64,000 nucleotides of DNA from Lysobacterales bacterium (lineage in GTDB: Bacteria; Pseudomonadota; Gammaproteobacteria; Xanthomonadales; SZUA-5), in assembly GCA_022844165.1 (NCBI GenBank), contig JALHMH010000010.1, forward strand, positions 58,357 to 122,356, in the 5' to 3' direction. This document shows positions 39,303 through 49,500 of this stretch, in pieces (the stretch's first letter is position 1; each line of letters begins with the position of its first letter). Under the pieces are notes generated by a model. That model saw nothing but the letters and a program-made list of their open reading frames with translations, made no database searches and was not told where the DNA came from. Made by a program: the position numbers and the translations under genes.

Positions 39303-40703
39303 ATGGCATTGTGGGGACTGTTGGGGTTGATTGTCGCCAGCGTGTTTGCCACATTCGCGAAATGGCGACTGGCGATACCTGGTGCCATCCTTGTCGTGGC
39401 CTTGCAAGATCCGGTCCGTAAGTTGACACCGGGCACACCCGGATGGATGACACTGCTGGTCGTTCCCTTGGTTGTCGCTGGCCTGATGGCAATGTTCGCA
39501 ACAGTGCCTGACGTCTGGCGCCGGTTCGCGCGCAATAATCCGAAGATCGCCCAAATGCTTGCGCTCCTCGTGTTGTTATCGATTCCATCGATCATCATTT
39601 CCCTGACCTTCGGACCTGGGAGCTGGCAGTTCACTTTCTTAGGCGTGTTTTCCTACTCGATCATTTTTCTATCTGTACTACTTGGCTACTTTTATGCGCG
39701 AGATATCGAAACAGCGCTCAACCTGTTGGCGACCTATTGCCTGATACATGGGGTCGTACTGATCGGTGCTTTGGTCGAATATTTGGATCTTTGGCCAGGC
39801 GCACAGATCATTGGTTCCCATGCACTAGGCTACGAGTGGATTCGTTGGATCCCCGGTTACACCGTGGAGATGATCTCTGGCTTTTACCGAAGCTCCGATG
39901 TCATGGGCTGGCACGCCGCCATGGTCTGTATGTTGTCGGTCACACTAGCCATAGCAAAGTCTGGCAAAGCCCGTTTTTTCTGGGTTCTCGTGAGTGCCTG
40001 GGCCGTACTTGCTCTGCTGCTTTGCGGCCGCCGTAAAATGGTTTACATGCTGCCGATCTTTATTCTCGTTCTGACCTGGATTTACTTCTCTGCAGGTCGA
40101 GCTTCGCGAGTATTGCCTATGATCGGCTTTTTGATCGTGCCGGCGGCATCGGTGTTGGTGACCAGCGATATGTTGGGCGAGAACACGGCGAACATCCGCT
40201 ACTACACGTCGGCGAATGAGGGCGATAGCACCCTTGATCGCCTCCAGTCGCACGGGTTGGGCGAGATTCTTGAAACCTACCGGCAAATGGGCTTTTTCGG
40301 CGCAGGACTTGGTTTCGGTACGCCAGGCTCGCATCACATTAACGCCAATCGGCCCAGGGTGTGGCAAGAAAGCGGTCCCGGTCGCGTGATGGCGGAACTC
40401 GGAGTGCCGGGTTTCTTGTGCTTTCTCGCCACTTTGGCGGCCATCGGGGTTGTGATGTGGCGAGTGACCCGAACCTGGTTGATTGCTCGTACCCGTGAGG
40501 GCGTTCTTTGCGCATGCCTGATGTCGGTCGCCGTGGCCAATCTCGGTAGCCTGACGATTTCCGGCCAGATTCTGGCGGACGTGTTTGTCGTTGTGTTTCT
40601 CGGATTTCTGGTCGGCCTGGTGCTGAGTTTTGGTCGGCGCGATCTTGTGGAGCTGGTTTTGCAGCGAAACCAGGGGCGCTCTTTGCCAGCCTTCGCCGAA
40701 TGA
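39303..40703 (+). CDS. O-antigen ligase/polymerase family (Wzy_C-type) integral membrane protein, 466 aa
   Basis: At least 10 hydrophobic segments. A periplasmic-loop pattern FGAGLGFGTPGSHHINAN...ELGVPGFLCFL resembles the Wzy_C/WaaL motif (G-x-G ... H-x-H-N ... E-x-G). Confidence 0.62.
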   Translation: MALWGLLGLIVASVFATFAKWRLAIPGAILVVALQDPVRKLTPGTPGWMTLLVVPLVVAGLMAMFATVPDVWRRFARNNPKIAQMLALLVLLSIPSIIISLTFGPGSWQFTFLGVFSYSIIFLSVLLGYFYARDIETALNLLATYCLIHGVVLIGALVEYLDLWPGAQIIGSHALGYEWIRWIPGYTVEMISGFYRSSDVMGWHAAMVCMLSVTLAIAKSGKARFFWVLVSAWAVLALLLCGRRKMVYMLPIFILVLTWIYFSAGRASRVLPMIGFLIVPAASVLVTSDMLGENTANIRYYTSANEGDSTLDRLQSHGLGEILETYRQMGFFGAGLGFGTPGSHHINANRPRVWQESGPGRVMAELGVPGFLCFLATLAAIGVVMWRVTRTWLIARTREGVLCACLMSVAVANLGSLTISGQILADVFVVVFLGFLVGLVLSFGRRDLVELVLQRNQGRSLPAFAE

Positions 40704-41248
40704 GCCTCGACATCGAAGGCAATCGCGGCGCCCGCCCATATCGGTCCCGAGAATACGTTGCACGTGTGCTCTGGGCCCTCGCTTATCCGTTGTTCCGCTG
40801 GTCCCCTCGGGTGCTGTTCGGCTGGCGAGCGTTTTTGCTGCGCAGATTCGGTGCGCGGGTTGGGCGGCAGGTTCACGTCTATCCGCGGGCTGCGATTGAG
40901 CTGCCTTGGATGTTGGACATCGGCGAATTCAGCAGCGTTGCCGACGGTGTGCGCATCTATAACCTCGGGCTGGTTCGTATCGGTGCGCGCAGCACGATTT
41001 CCTTCGGCGCCCACGTCTGCGCTGGAACACACGACTACGAAAGTGCGGCCTTTCCGTTGCAAAGACTACCGATCGATATCGGTCACGATGTCTGGATTTG
41101 TGCCGACGCGTTCCTGGCGCCAGGCGTAACGATTGGCGATGGTGCCGTCGTCGCCGCACGCGCAGTGGTGGTCGATGTGGTCCCCGCGTGGACCGTTGTG
41201 GCCGGACATCCGGCCCGAGTGGTCAAGCAGCGAGCCATCTTGCCTTGA
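40700..41248 (+). CDS. WcaF-like hexapeptide O-acetyltransferase, 182 aa
   Basis: ATGA overlap. The N-terminal WRAFLLRRFGARVG is typical of WcaF-type proteins. Hexapeptide repeats IGHDVWICADAFLAPGVTIGDGAVVAARAVV. Confidence 0.8.
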   Translation: MSLDIEGNRGARPYRSREYVARVLWALAYPLFRWSPRVLFGWRAFLLRRFGARVGRQVHVYPRAAIELPWMLDIGEFSSVADGVRIYNLGLVRIGARSTISFGAHVCAGTHDYESAAFPLQRLPIDIGHDVWICADAFLAPGVTIGDGAVVAARAVVVDVVPAWTVVAGHPARVVKQRAILP

Positions 41249-41309
41249 CGAACCACGGGCTCGTCTGCCGGGTGTTCGCCGTGCGCGACAATGCGAAGGC
41301 GTCTTGCCT

Positions 41310-42137
41310 GTGATATCGATTGTCGTGCTGACATTGAATGAGGCGGAAAATCTGCCGCGATGCCTGGCGAGTGTGTCGTTCTCTGACGATGTGCTTGTGC
41401 TCGACTCTGGTAGCAGCGATGCGACTGTCGAAATTGCTCGTAAGTTCGGCGCTCGAGTCGCCACGCGGAGCTTCGATTCTTTTGCCCAACAGCGCAACGC
41501 GGCCATGGCGATGGAGTTACGGCATCCTTGGGTGCTGCATCTGGATGCCGATGAGGTGGTCACACCGGCTTTGGCGCACGAGTTGATTGAAATTGCGAGT
41601 GCGCAGGAGTCCAGCCCGGTTGCCTTTCGAGTCGCATCGCGACTGATGTTTCGCGGCGCGTGGCTGAAGCACGCCGGCATGTTTCCAGCGTATCAGGTTC
41701 GTTTCGGGCGTCAAACTGTGTTGCGCTTCATCGATGTCGGTCACGGCCAGCGCGAAGCTGAAAACATCGGATCGATCGGCACCCTGAATTACCCTCTGGT
41801 GCACTACAATTTCTCGCGCGGGATCGGCGATTGGTTCGAGCGGCATCTGCGGTACGCGAAGCTCGAAGCGCAGCGCGCTGCATTGCGGGAAACGCCAAGT
41901 CTGGCGGGGTTGTTGGGGCCGGATCCGGTGGCGCGGCGGCGTTCGCTGAAACGACTCGCTGATCGACTGCCGGCGAGGCCGCTGTTGCGCTTTCTTTACT
42001 GCTATCTGCTTCGGCGCGGATTTCTCGATGGTCGCGCCGGGTTCCACTACGCATGCATGATGGCCATCTACCAGTATTTCATCGACCAACATGTCATCGA
42101 GCAAGCGCTCAAAAAGGACGCAAATGACAGTATCTAA
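41310..42137 (+). CDS. Glycosyltransferase family 2, about 275 aa
   Basis: [21 protein letters not shown]...[12 protein letters not shown] and HLDADE motifs. The GTG 41310 start is approximate. Confidence 0.75.
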   Translation: MISIVVLTLNEAENLPRCLASVSFSDDVLVLDSGSSDATVEIARKFGARVATRSFDSFAQQRNAAMAMELRHPWVLHLDADEVVTPALAHELIEIASAQESSPVAFRVASRLMFRGAWLKHAGMFPAYQVRFGRQTVLRFIDVGHGQREAENIGSIGTLNYPLVHYNFSRGIGDWFERHLRYAKLEAQRAALRETPSLAGLLGPDPVARRRSLKRLADRLPARPLLRFLYCYLLRRGFLDGRAGFHYACMMAIYQYFIDQHVIEQALKKDANDSI

Positions 42138-43245
42138 AAAGGTGGCGCTGTTGACCGGCGTCACCGGCCAGGACGGCGCGTACTTATCGGAGTTGCTGCT
42201 GAGCAAGGGTTACATCGTGCACGGCATCAAGCGTCGTGCCTCATTGTTCAACACCCATCGTATCGATCACATCTATCAAGATCCGCACACCGATGATCGC
42301 AACTTCATCTTGCATTACGGCGATCTGACCGATTCGACCAATTTGATTCGCATCATCCAATTGGTGCAACCGGACGAGATCTACAACCTTGGTGCGCAGA
42401 GCCATGTGGCGGTATCGTTTGAGAGCCCGGAATACACGGCCAACTGCGATGCGCTCGGCACGTTGCGGCTTCTGGAGGCCATTCGCATTCTGGGGCTGGA
42501 GGGAAAGACGCGAATCTACCAGGCATCCACATCGGAAATGTTCGGCAAAGTGGCAGAGGTGCCGCAACGCGAGACAACGCCGTTTTATCCGCGCTCGCCC
42601 TATGGCGCTGCCAAGGTCTACGCGTACTGGATTACGGTCAATTATCGCGAGTCGTATGGCTTGTATGCCTGCAACGGCATCCTCTTCAACCATGAGTCGC
42701 CATGGCGCGGCGAGACGTTCGTGACGCGCAAGATCACGCGCGCATTGGCCCGTATCAGTCTTGGGTTGCAAGACCGGCTGTACTTGGGAAATCTCGAGGC
42801 CCTGCGCGACTGGGGGCACGCGCGCGACTACGTCCAGGCAATGTGGCTCATGCTGCAGCAGCCGCAGGCCGAGGACTACGTAATCGCAACAGGCGAGCAG
42901 CATTCTGTGCGCGAGTTCGTCGAATTGGCGTGCCGGGAACTCGGCATCGTGATTGAGTGGCAGGGGAGTGGCGACCAGGAGATCGGCGTGGTGGCGCAAT
43001 CGACCGAGCGGTCACGCGTACGGCAGGGGCAGGCGATTGTCGCCGTAGACCCTCGTTACCGCCGGCCCGCGGAGGTCGACACCTTGCTCGGCGACGCGAG
43101 CAAAGCGCGGCGGCAACTCGGCTGGCAGCCGCAAACGAGTTTCGAATCGTTGGTGGCAGAAATGATCCGGGAAGACGTTCGTTCCGCCGAGCGTGACGAA
43201 GTCGTCCGCAAGGCCGGATATCGCGCCTTCGATCATCACGAGTAG
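42124..43245 (+). CDS. gmd: GDP-mannose 4,6-dehydratase, 373 aa
   Basis: [40 protein letters not shown] and [12 protein letters not shown] are canonical Gmd motifs. Confidence 0.92.
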   Translation: MTVSKKVALLTGVTGQDGAYLSELLLSKGYIVHGIKRRASLFNTHRIDHIYQDPHTDDRNFILHYGDLTDSTNLIRIIQLVQPDEIYNLGAQSHVAVSFESPEYTANCDALGTLRLLEAIRILGLEGKTRIYQASTSEMFGKVAEVPQRETTPFYPRSPYGAAKVYAYWITVNYRESYGLYACNGILFNHESPWRGETFVTRKITRALARISLGLQDRLYLGNLEALRDWGHARDYVQAMWLMLQQPQAEDYVIATGEQHSVREFVELACRELGIVIEWQGSGDQEIGVVAQSTERSRVRQGQAIVAVDPRYRRPAEVDTLLGDASKARRQLGWQPQTSFESLVAEMIREDVRSAERDEVVRKAGYRAFDHHE

Positions 43246-43250
43246 CCGCA

Positions 43251-44189
43251 ATGGATGGTCGCTTTCGAAAAGTATTCGTCGCCGGACACAAAGGTCTCGT
43301 CGGCAGTGCGATCGTGCGTCGCCTTGAGCGCGATGGCATCGAGCCTTTGGTTGTAGATCGCCATGCGCTCGATCTTCGGGATCAGCGCGCAGTGGACCAG
43401 TGGTTTGCGAAGGCGCGGCCCGATGCGGTCATACTCGCGGCCGCGAAAGTCGGCGGCATCCACGCCAACAACACCCGTCCGGTTGAGTTTCTGCTCGATA
43501 ACCTACGAATTCAAAACGCCGTGATTCCCGCCGCTCACGCGCATGGCGTGCGCAAACTGGTGTTTCTTGGATCGTCGTGCATTTATCCCAAGTTGGCGCC
43601 TCAGCCGATCCAGGAAAGTGCTCTGCTCACCGGCCCACTCGAGCCTACTAACGACGCATACGCGCTCGCCAAAATCGCCGGCATCCGCCTCTGCCAGGCG
43701 TATCGCCAGCAGCATGCATTCGAAGCCATCTCGTTGATGCCGACCAATTTGTACGGGCCCAACGACAATTTCCATCCCATCGACTCGCATGTCTTGCCGG
43801 GTCTGATTCGCCGGTTCCACGAAGCGCAGAACGCGGGCGCTGAGCGGATCGTGATCTGGGGCAGTGGCACGCCGCGTCGCGAGTTTCTGCATGTCGATGA
43901 TCTGGCTGATGCCTGCATTTTCTTGCTGGCGAACTACGATTCGGGCGAGGTCATCAACGTCGGCGTTGGGAAGGACATTTCGATACTCGAGCTGGCCCAG
44001 TTGATCGCCAAGATCGTGGGCTTTCGGGGCACAATCGAGCACGATTTGAGCAAGCCAGACGGCACACCTCGCAAACTGCTGGACGTGGGCAAATTGTCGG
44101 CGCTGGGATGGACCGCGCGAATCGGCCTGGAAGAAGGCATCGCCGAAACCTACCGCTGGTTTTGCGCACACGTAGGATCGGTGCGATGA
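43251..44189 (+). CDS. fcl: GDP-L-fucose synthase (GDP-4-keto-6-deoxymannose 3,5-epimerase/4-reductase), 312 aa
   Basis: VFVAGHKGLVGSAI, GSSCIYP and YALAKIAG motifs. It immediately follows gmd. Confidence 0.9.
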   Translation: MDGRFRKVFVAGHKGLVGSAIVRRLERDGIEPLVVDRHALDLRDQRAVDQWFAKARPDAVILAAAKVGGIHANNTRPVEFLLDNLRIQNAVIPAAHAHGVRKLVFLGSSCIYPKLAPQPIQESALLTGPLEPTNDAYALAKIAGIRLCQAYRQQHAFEAISLMPTNLYGPNDNFHPIDSHVLPGLIRRFHEAQNAGAERIVIWGSGTPRREFLHVDDLADACIFLLANYDSGEVINVGVGKDISILELAQLIAKIVGFRGTIEHDLSKPDGTPRKLLDVGKLSALGWTARIGLEEGIAETYRWFCAHVGSVR

Positions 44190-45160
44190 AGGTGCTGGTC
44201 GTCGGTGGCGCTGGTTACATCGGTGCGCATATGGTTCGCTGGCTGGTCGACCATGCGATTACGGTCGAGGTTCTGGACAACCTGAGCACCGGGCATCGAG
44301 CAGCGATCCCGGATGGCATTCATCTGCATCAGGTGGATTTGCGGGAGCGTCAGGCGACAGAGAGCGCATTGCAGGCGATTCGGCCCGATGTCGTTTTTCA
44401 CTTCGCTGCGAAAGCTCTCGTCGGCGAGTCCGTCAGTCGACCGATTGAGTACTACGAAAACAACTTTGTCGGTACTTTGAACCTTCTGCTGGCCATGCGC
44501 GCAGCCGCTTGCCGCCGCATTGTATTTTCATCGACCTGCGCTGTTTACGGTATCCCGAAAACCGAGAACCTCGACGAGCAACATCCGCGCGAGCCCATTA
44601 ACCCCTATGGCGCGAGTAAGTTAGCTTGTGAGGATCTGCTGAGGGATTGCGCTGCGGCCGGCGACGTGTCGGCGGTCGCTCTGCGTTACTTCAACGCCGC
44701 TGGCGCGCATCCCAGCGGTACGATTGGCGAGGCGCACGAGCCGGAAACGCACCTGATACCCAACGCAATCCGTGCCGCATTGGGTCAGCTACCAACGTTG
44801 GCGATCCATGGCACGGACTATCCAACGCCCGACGGCACTTGCATTCGCGACTACATCCACGTTGAAGATCTGGCTTCGGCACATGCGCTTGCCATGCGCT
44901 GGCTTGAGAAAAACGAAGGCTGGCAGGCCATCAACCTGGGTACAGAACTTGGCAGCAGTGTTTTCCAGGTGCTTGCGCTGGTCGAAGAACTCAGTGGCAA
45001 AGTGGTGCCTTGTCAGAGGACGGTTCGCCGGCCAGGTGATCCGCCGCGACTGGTCGCCAGTGCGGTGCTGGCGCGCAAGTGTTTAGGGTGGCGCCCACGC
45101 CACGATTTGCGATCGATCCTCGAGTCCGCGTGGCGTTGGCACCGGTCGCCTCGATATTGA
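44186..45160 (+). CDS. galE: UDP-glucose 4-epimerase family (second copy), 324 aa
   Basis: ATGA overlap. VLVVGGAGYIGAH, SSTCAVYG and NPYGASKLACE motifs. Confidence 0.85.
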   Translation: MKVLVVGGAGYIGAHMVRWLVDHAITVEVLDNLSTGHRAAIPDGIHLHQVDLRERQATESALQAIRPDVVFHFAAKALVGESVSRPIEYYENNFVGTLNLLLAMRAAACRRIVFSSTCAVYGIPKTENLDEQHPREPINPYGASKLACEDLLRDCAAAGDVSAVALRYFNAAGAHPSGTIGEAHEPETHLIPNAIRAALGQLPTLAIHGTDYPTPDGTCIRDYIHVEDLASAHALAMRWLEKNEGWQAINLGTELGSSVFQVLALVEELSGKVVPCQRTVRRPGDPPRLVASAVLARKCLGWRPRHDLRSILESAWRWHRSPRY

Positions 45161-45375
45161 GTCGCTTAAGAGAACAGTTTCTTGTTTCGTTCAAATCCGG
45201 AACCGAAACATCTGGGCCCATGCGACAAGCTTTTTCGAATCAACCTGTGTATCCACTGAGATTGTTGCAATGTGCGCATTTTTGGAATACGGCCGATATT
45301 TCGCTTGAATCTACCGGTTATTGACCCCCAGAATACGCGGAGCCGACATCTTTTCGCGGGTCGTAAAGGGGATTC

Positions 45376-46446
45376 ATGTCGACGCTCTATCTAGTGTCGC
45401 TGGCGGGTGTGGTCTCGTTCATCACGACGGCGCTGTTAGTTCGCACCGCTCCAGTCATCGGCCTGTTGGATCATCCCATTGCCGATCGAAAATCCCATGA
45501 CGCGCCGACGCCAGTGGTGGGCGGGCTAGGGATTTTAGCTGGCCTGATTGTATTCCCGGCATTCGCCGGTGTGCTGGACAACGCGCAGTGGTTTTGGCTG
45601 CTCAGCGCTGCCGTGCTATTGGCGGCCATTGGTGTGGCAGATGATCGCTATGACCTCCGATGGTATTGGCGCATAGCGGCCCAGGTGTTGGCCGCGTTGC
45701 TCATCGCGATTCCAGGGCAGACATCGATTCAAAGCTTGGGCGCGAGTACCTATTTGTCGCTTGAATTAGGTAGTTGGGCGTTGCCGTTCACAATATTCGC
45801 GGTGGTCGGCGTGATCAACGCGACGAACATGATTGATGGCATGGATGGCTTGGCTGGGACCATGGCTTTGGTCTCGCTGCTTGCGATGGCGCTGATCGCA
45901 TCCGAACCTCAGCTGAGCCAGTTTTTGTGGGCGACCGTGGCGATGCTTCTTGCGTTCCTGGCCTTCAATCTCAGGCGACCGGGATTGCCCAGGGCTGCAT
46001 GCTTTTTGGGCAATAGCGGTAGTGCCATCGTTGGTTTGGTTCTGGCCTGGTCGGCAATTCGGTTGACGGCAAGCGGAGACCCCAGCCCGTCCATCGCGCC
46101 CTGGCTTGTTGCGCTGCCAATCCTCGATTGTCTGATTCAGATCGCACGCCGGCTGCTGAACCGTCGTTCGCCTTTTTCGGCGGATTCTGGTCATTTACAC
46201 CATTTGTTGACCAATCACGGATGGAGCGTGGGCGCGACGGTGGCTGTTCTGGTCGGGATGCACGTGGCGTTCGTGTGCGTTGGTATTGGGTTCGCCTACG
46301 CTGGCTCAGACGCGTTGTATCCGATTTCTGGGTTCATTTCGCTATTGCCGTTGTTGGGACTTGGGTACTGGGCGCTGAATCGACATCCGATGGCTGATGA
46401 TGCAATCAACCTGACGTTGGCCTCGGACCTCACGAGCCGCCGATAG
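45376..46446 (+). CDS. wecA: Undecaprenyl-phosphate HexNAc-1-phosphate transferase (WecA/MraY family), 356 aa
   Basis: AAAGGGGA Shine-Dalgarno before the ATG. Polytopic membrane protein with NATNMIDGMDGLAG and DDRYDL motifs. Confidence 0.85.
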   Translation: MSTLYLVSLAGVVSFITTALLVRTAPVIGLLDHPIADRKSHDAPTPVVGGLGILAGLIVFPAFAGVLDNAQWFWLLSAAVLLAAIGVADDRYDLRWYWRIAAQVLAALLIAIPGQTSIQSLGASTYLSLELGSWALPFTIFAVVGVINATNMIDGMDGLAGTMALVSLLAMALIASEPQLSQFLWATVAMLLAFLAFNLRRPGLPRAACFLGNSGSAIVGLVLAWSAIRLTASGDPSPSIAPWLVALPILDCLIQIARRLLNRRSPFSADSGHLHHLLTNHGWSVGATVAVLVGMHVAFVCVGIGFAYAGSDALYPISGFISLLPLLGLGYWALNRHPMADDAINLTLASDLTSRR

Positions 46447-46533
46447 CGAGTTTAATTTGTAACAACACGCAACAGTTGGCGTTATTCAGCGTTCAATTCA
46501 GTGGAGCGCTAACGTCGGAATTTCGGCATGTTG

Positions 46534-46562
46534 TTGACCCTTGCTGTGCGCAAGGCTAACCT
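46534..46562 (+). promoter_or_regulatory. Candidate sigma70 promoter for the giant secreted-protein gene
   Basis: TTGACC-N17-TAACCT in the AT-richer spacer after wecA. It is followed by GAGGGGA 8 nt before ATG 46594. Hexamer match only. Confidence 0.3.
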
Positions 46563-46593
46563 TGGCTTAGGTTTGTATGAGGGGATTCGGATC

Positions 46594-49500
46594 ATGGTTC
46601 GTTTGATCGCAGGATTGTTAGGTGCGACGGCTTGTGTGTTGTCTTCGTCGGCCGGCGCCCAGATCACAATTCAAGATGGCGCCGCACGGGTCCGGTATGG
46701 CGATCTGTCGGATGCGGCTTACCTGACTGCTGGCGTGCCGCAAACGGTGCTGAGCAAGGGTTTGATTCCGCATCTTGCCGGCAGTCAGTTTTCGTATCGG
46801 GTAGCGGGTGATACACGCGAGTTTTCGGTGGTCACGGACTCGCCAGATCAGCCAACGATTACCCCTCCTGGTCCGACCAACACGGCGTTGATTGAGTACG
46901 CGAGTACTGAGTCTGCGCTTCGAAATCTGTTCAACGTCGACATCCAGGACACCGTTGTCGAATCCGGCGCAACGATCACTTACACGCGGGTGGCAACATT
47001 CGAGAACGTCTCCGGGGTCTCGCAAACGCTCACGGTGATGGGCTACGCCGACGACGTGCTGAACTCCGGATTCAACAATGTCAGTGCGACGTTGCTGGTC
47101 CCCAGCAATTCTATCCAGCTGACCAAGGCCAGCTCTACGCTCAATTTCACCGGTGTTGGTGCAACCGCATTTGAGGTCACGGCGTTCCCCGATCTGATCG
47201 ATAGTCTGGAGGATGCTGGGATCACCAGTTTCCTCGACGGTGGATTGCCGTTTTTGCCAACCACCGCGCCGCCAACAAACCCCGGCGACTGGACCGGCGG
47301 TTTCGAGTGGCCCGCCCAGGTCGTAGCGATTGGCGGCACGGCTTCTTACACGATGATTTTTCAGCTAACGGCTGCACCCTTCGGTCCAGGCAGCGATGGC
47401 AGCCACATCGTCAATACCGCAGGAACCATCGTCAATGCGTATGCACCGCTGGATTCCGATCTCACCGCAGGCACGGATCGGCTGTTTGTTCCCGATGTCA
47501 GCGCGTTGACGCTGCCGGTGGCAGCGTGCACAGGCTGCGAGCGCACGCTGTCGAATGGCGATCTGCTGATGATCTATCAGCCACAGGGCGCGTCTATCGA
47601 TACGACGAACACGCTCAATTACGGCAATGTCACAGACTTGGGTGGTGCTGGCCGCTACGAGTTTGTTTACGTCGCCAACGTGATCGATTTCGCGGTCGGG
47701 CCAGATGAAATCGAGTTTTTCCCGTTCGATGGCACCTCTTCACCTGGGCCTGGAAATGGGTTCTCGAATCCTGTTTGCACTGGTCTGCGCTACGACTACA
47801 CGACGACGGCCAATGCGCCCGCGATGGTCGTGCGCGTGCCGCAGTATTCGTTCTTGCGCGTCGAGCCGGGCGCAAGTGTTGTCGCACAAGATTGGAACTG
47901 GGACGGTTCGAGCGCTGCCAGTTTGGGCGGTGTATTGGCGGTGGATGTCGGCGGTCAAACGCAGTCCACCGGCATTATTGAGCTGGGCGGTGCGATGAGC
48001 GCCGACGGTGCGGGATTCCGCGGTGGCAATGATCAGACCACAGGTGCGACGTCATTCACGGCCGACTTTGTGAGCGGCAGCAATGCGCACGGCGAAAAAG
48101 GCGAGAGCGTTGTTGGAACCTTTGCGGCCTACGATGCGTTAGGTGGGCGTTTTGCGCGTGGCGCTCCGGCCAACGGTGGTGGCGGCGCAAACGGAGTCAA
48201 CTCGTCGGGTGGGGGCGGTGCGAATGCCGGCGACCCGGCAGCCTGGACCAATGGTCATGGCGTCCTGGATCCGGCTTTTGCTCTGAATGCGTGGTTGTTA
48301 GACCCGGAAACCCGCGTTGGCCCAGGGCCTTTCACGGTTGCACCGGATAATAGTGGTGGCGGCCGCGGCGGTTACACCTGGTCGAATGCGAATCAGGATG
48401 CTTTGGTCGTCCCGCCTGGCGATCCATCGTGGGTGGGCGACAATCGCCGAGTGGTCGGCGGTCTCGGCGGGCGGCCGTTGAGTGGCGTCGTGGCAGGCGA
48501 TGCGTATCGGCGGGTGTACTTTGGCGGCGGTGGTGGCGCAGGCGAGGTGAACAATTTGAATCCGCGCCGAGGCGGTGATGGCGGTGGCTTCGTCTTTGTG
48601 CTTGCGCGCCGAATCGAGGCCTTTGGCCCAGTCAACCCCCGCATCAGTGCGAACGGAGCGAACGGACAAGGATCGACGGCGGCGCCTTTGGACGGCAATG
48701 GTGGCGGTGGCGGTGGTGGTTCGGTGGTTGTGACCACCTCCGAGAATCATCCGTTGCCGGCGACGCTGGAGATTCAAGCCAATGGCGGCGCAGGCGGTTC
48801 CCATGGCGTTGTGAACCCCAATGGTGAGGGCGAGGGCGGTGGCGGTGGCGGTGGCGCAGGCGTGGTTTTGGTATCGCATTCGAGTGCGATCGAATCGGTG
48901 GCGGGCGGCTTGCGCGGCGTGACGCTTTCAACATCACTCACAGAGTTCCCGGCAAACGGTGGTACGAGTGGAGCCGCGGGTGAGGAAGGCGCGGCACCCG
49001 ATCGCGACGGCCCGGCGTCGCCGTTGGTCTGCCTGACTGGCCCCGATTTTACAACCCCTGTGACAAACGCTTATTTCGAAGCGGAGCGATTGGACCGCAG
49101 CAAGATGCGAGTGCGTTTTGATTCTGCGTCGGAAGTGGCACACGCGGGCTTTTTCGTACTAGGCAGCCGCCGCGAACGATTGAGCGGGTTCATTGCTGCG
49201 AGCGGCAGAAGCGGCGCCGAAGCCAAAGCCTACGAAGTGGTGATCGACGATTTGGGTATCACGGAACTGTATCTGGCCGACATCGACGTACGTGGCAAGG
49301 AGACGATCCGCGGCCCCTTCGAAGTTGGCAAGCGTTTTGGTGCGGCGCCTACGGTGGTGCGCTACAACTGGAGCGAGGCACAGCAGCAACTGTCCAGCTA
49401 TCGAGCTGCCACTCGCGGTATGGCCAGCGGAATCGCGAAAATCGGAGTGCGCGAGCGCGGCATGGTGCGCGTAACGCATGAACAACTCATCGCCGCTGGC

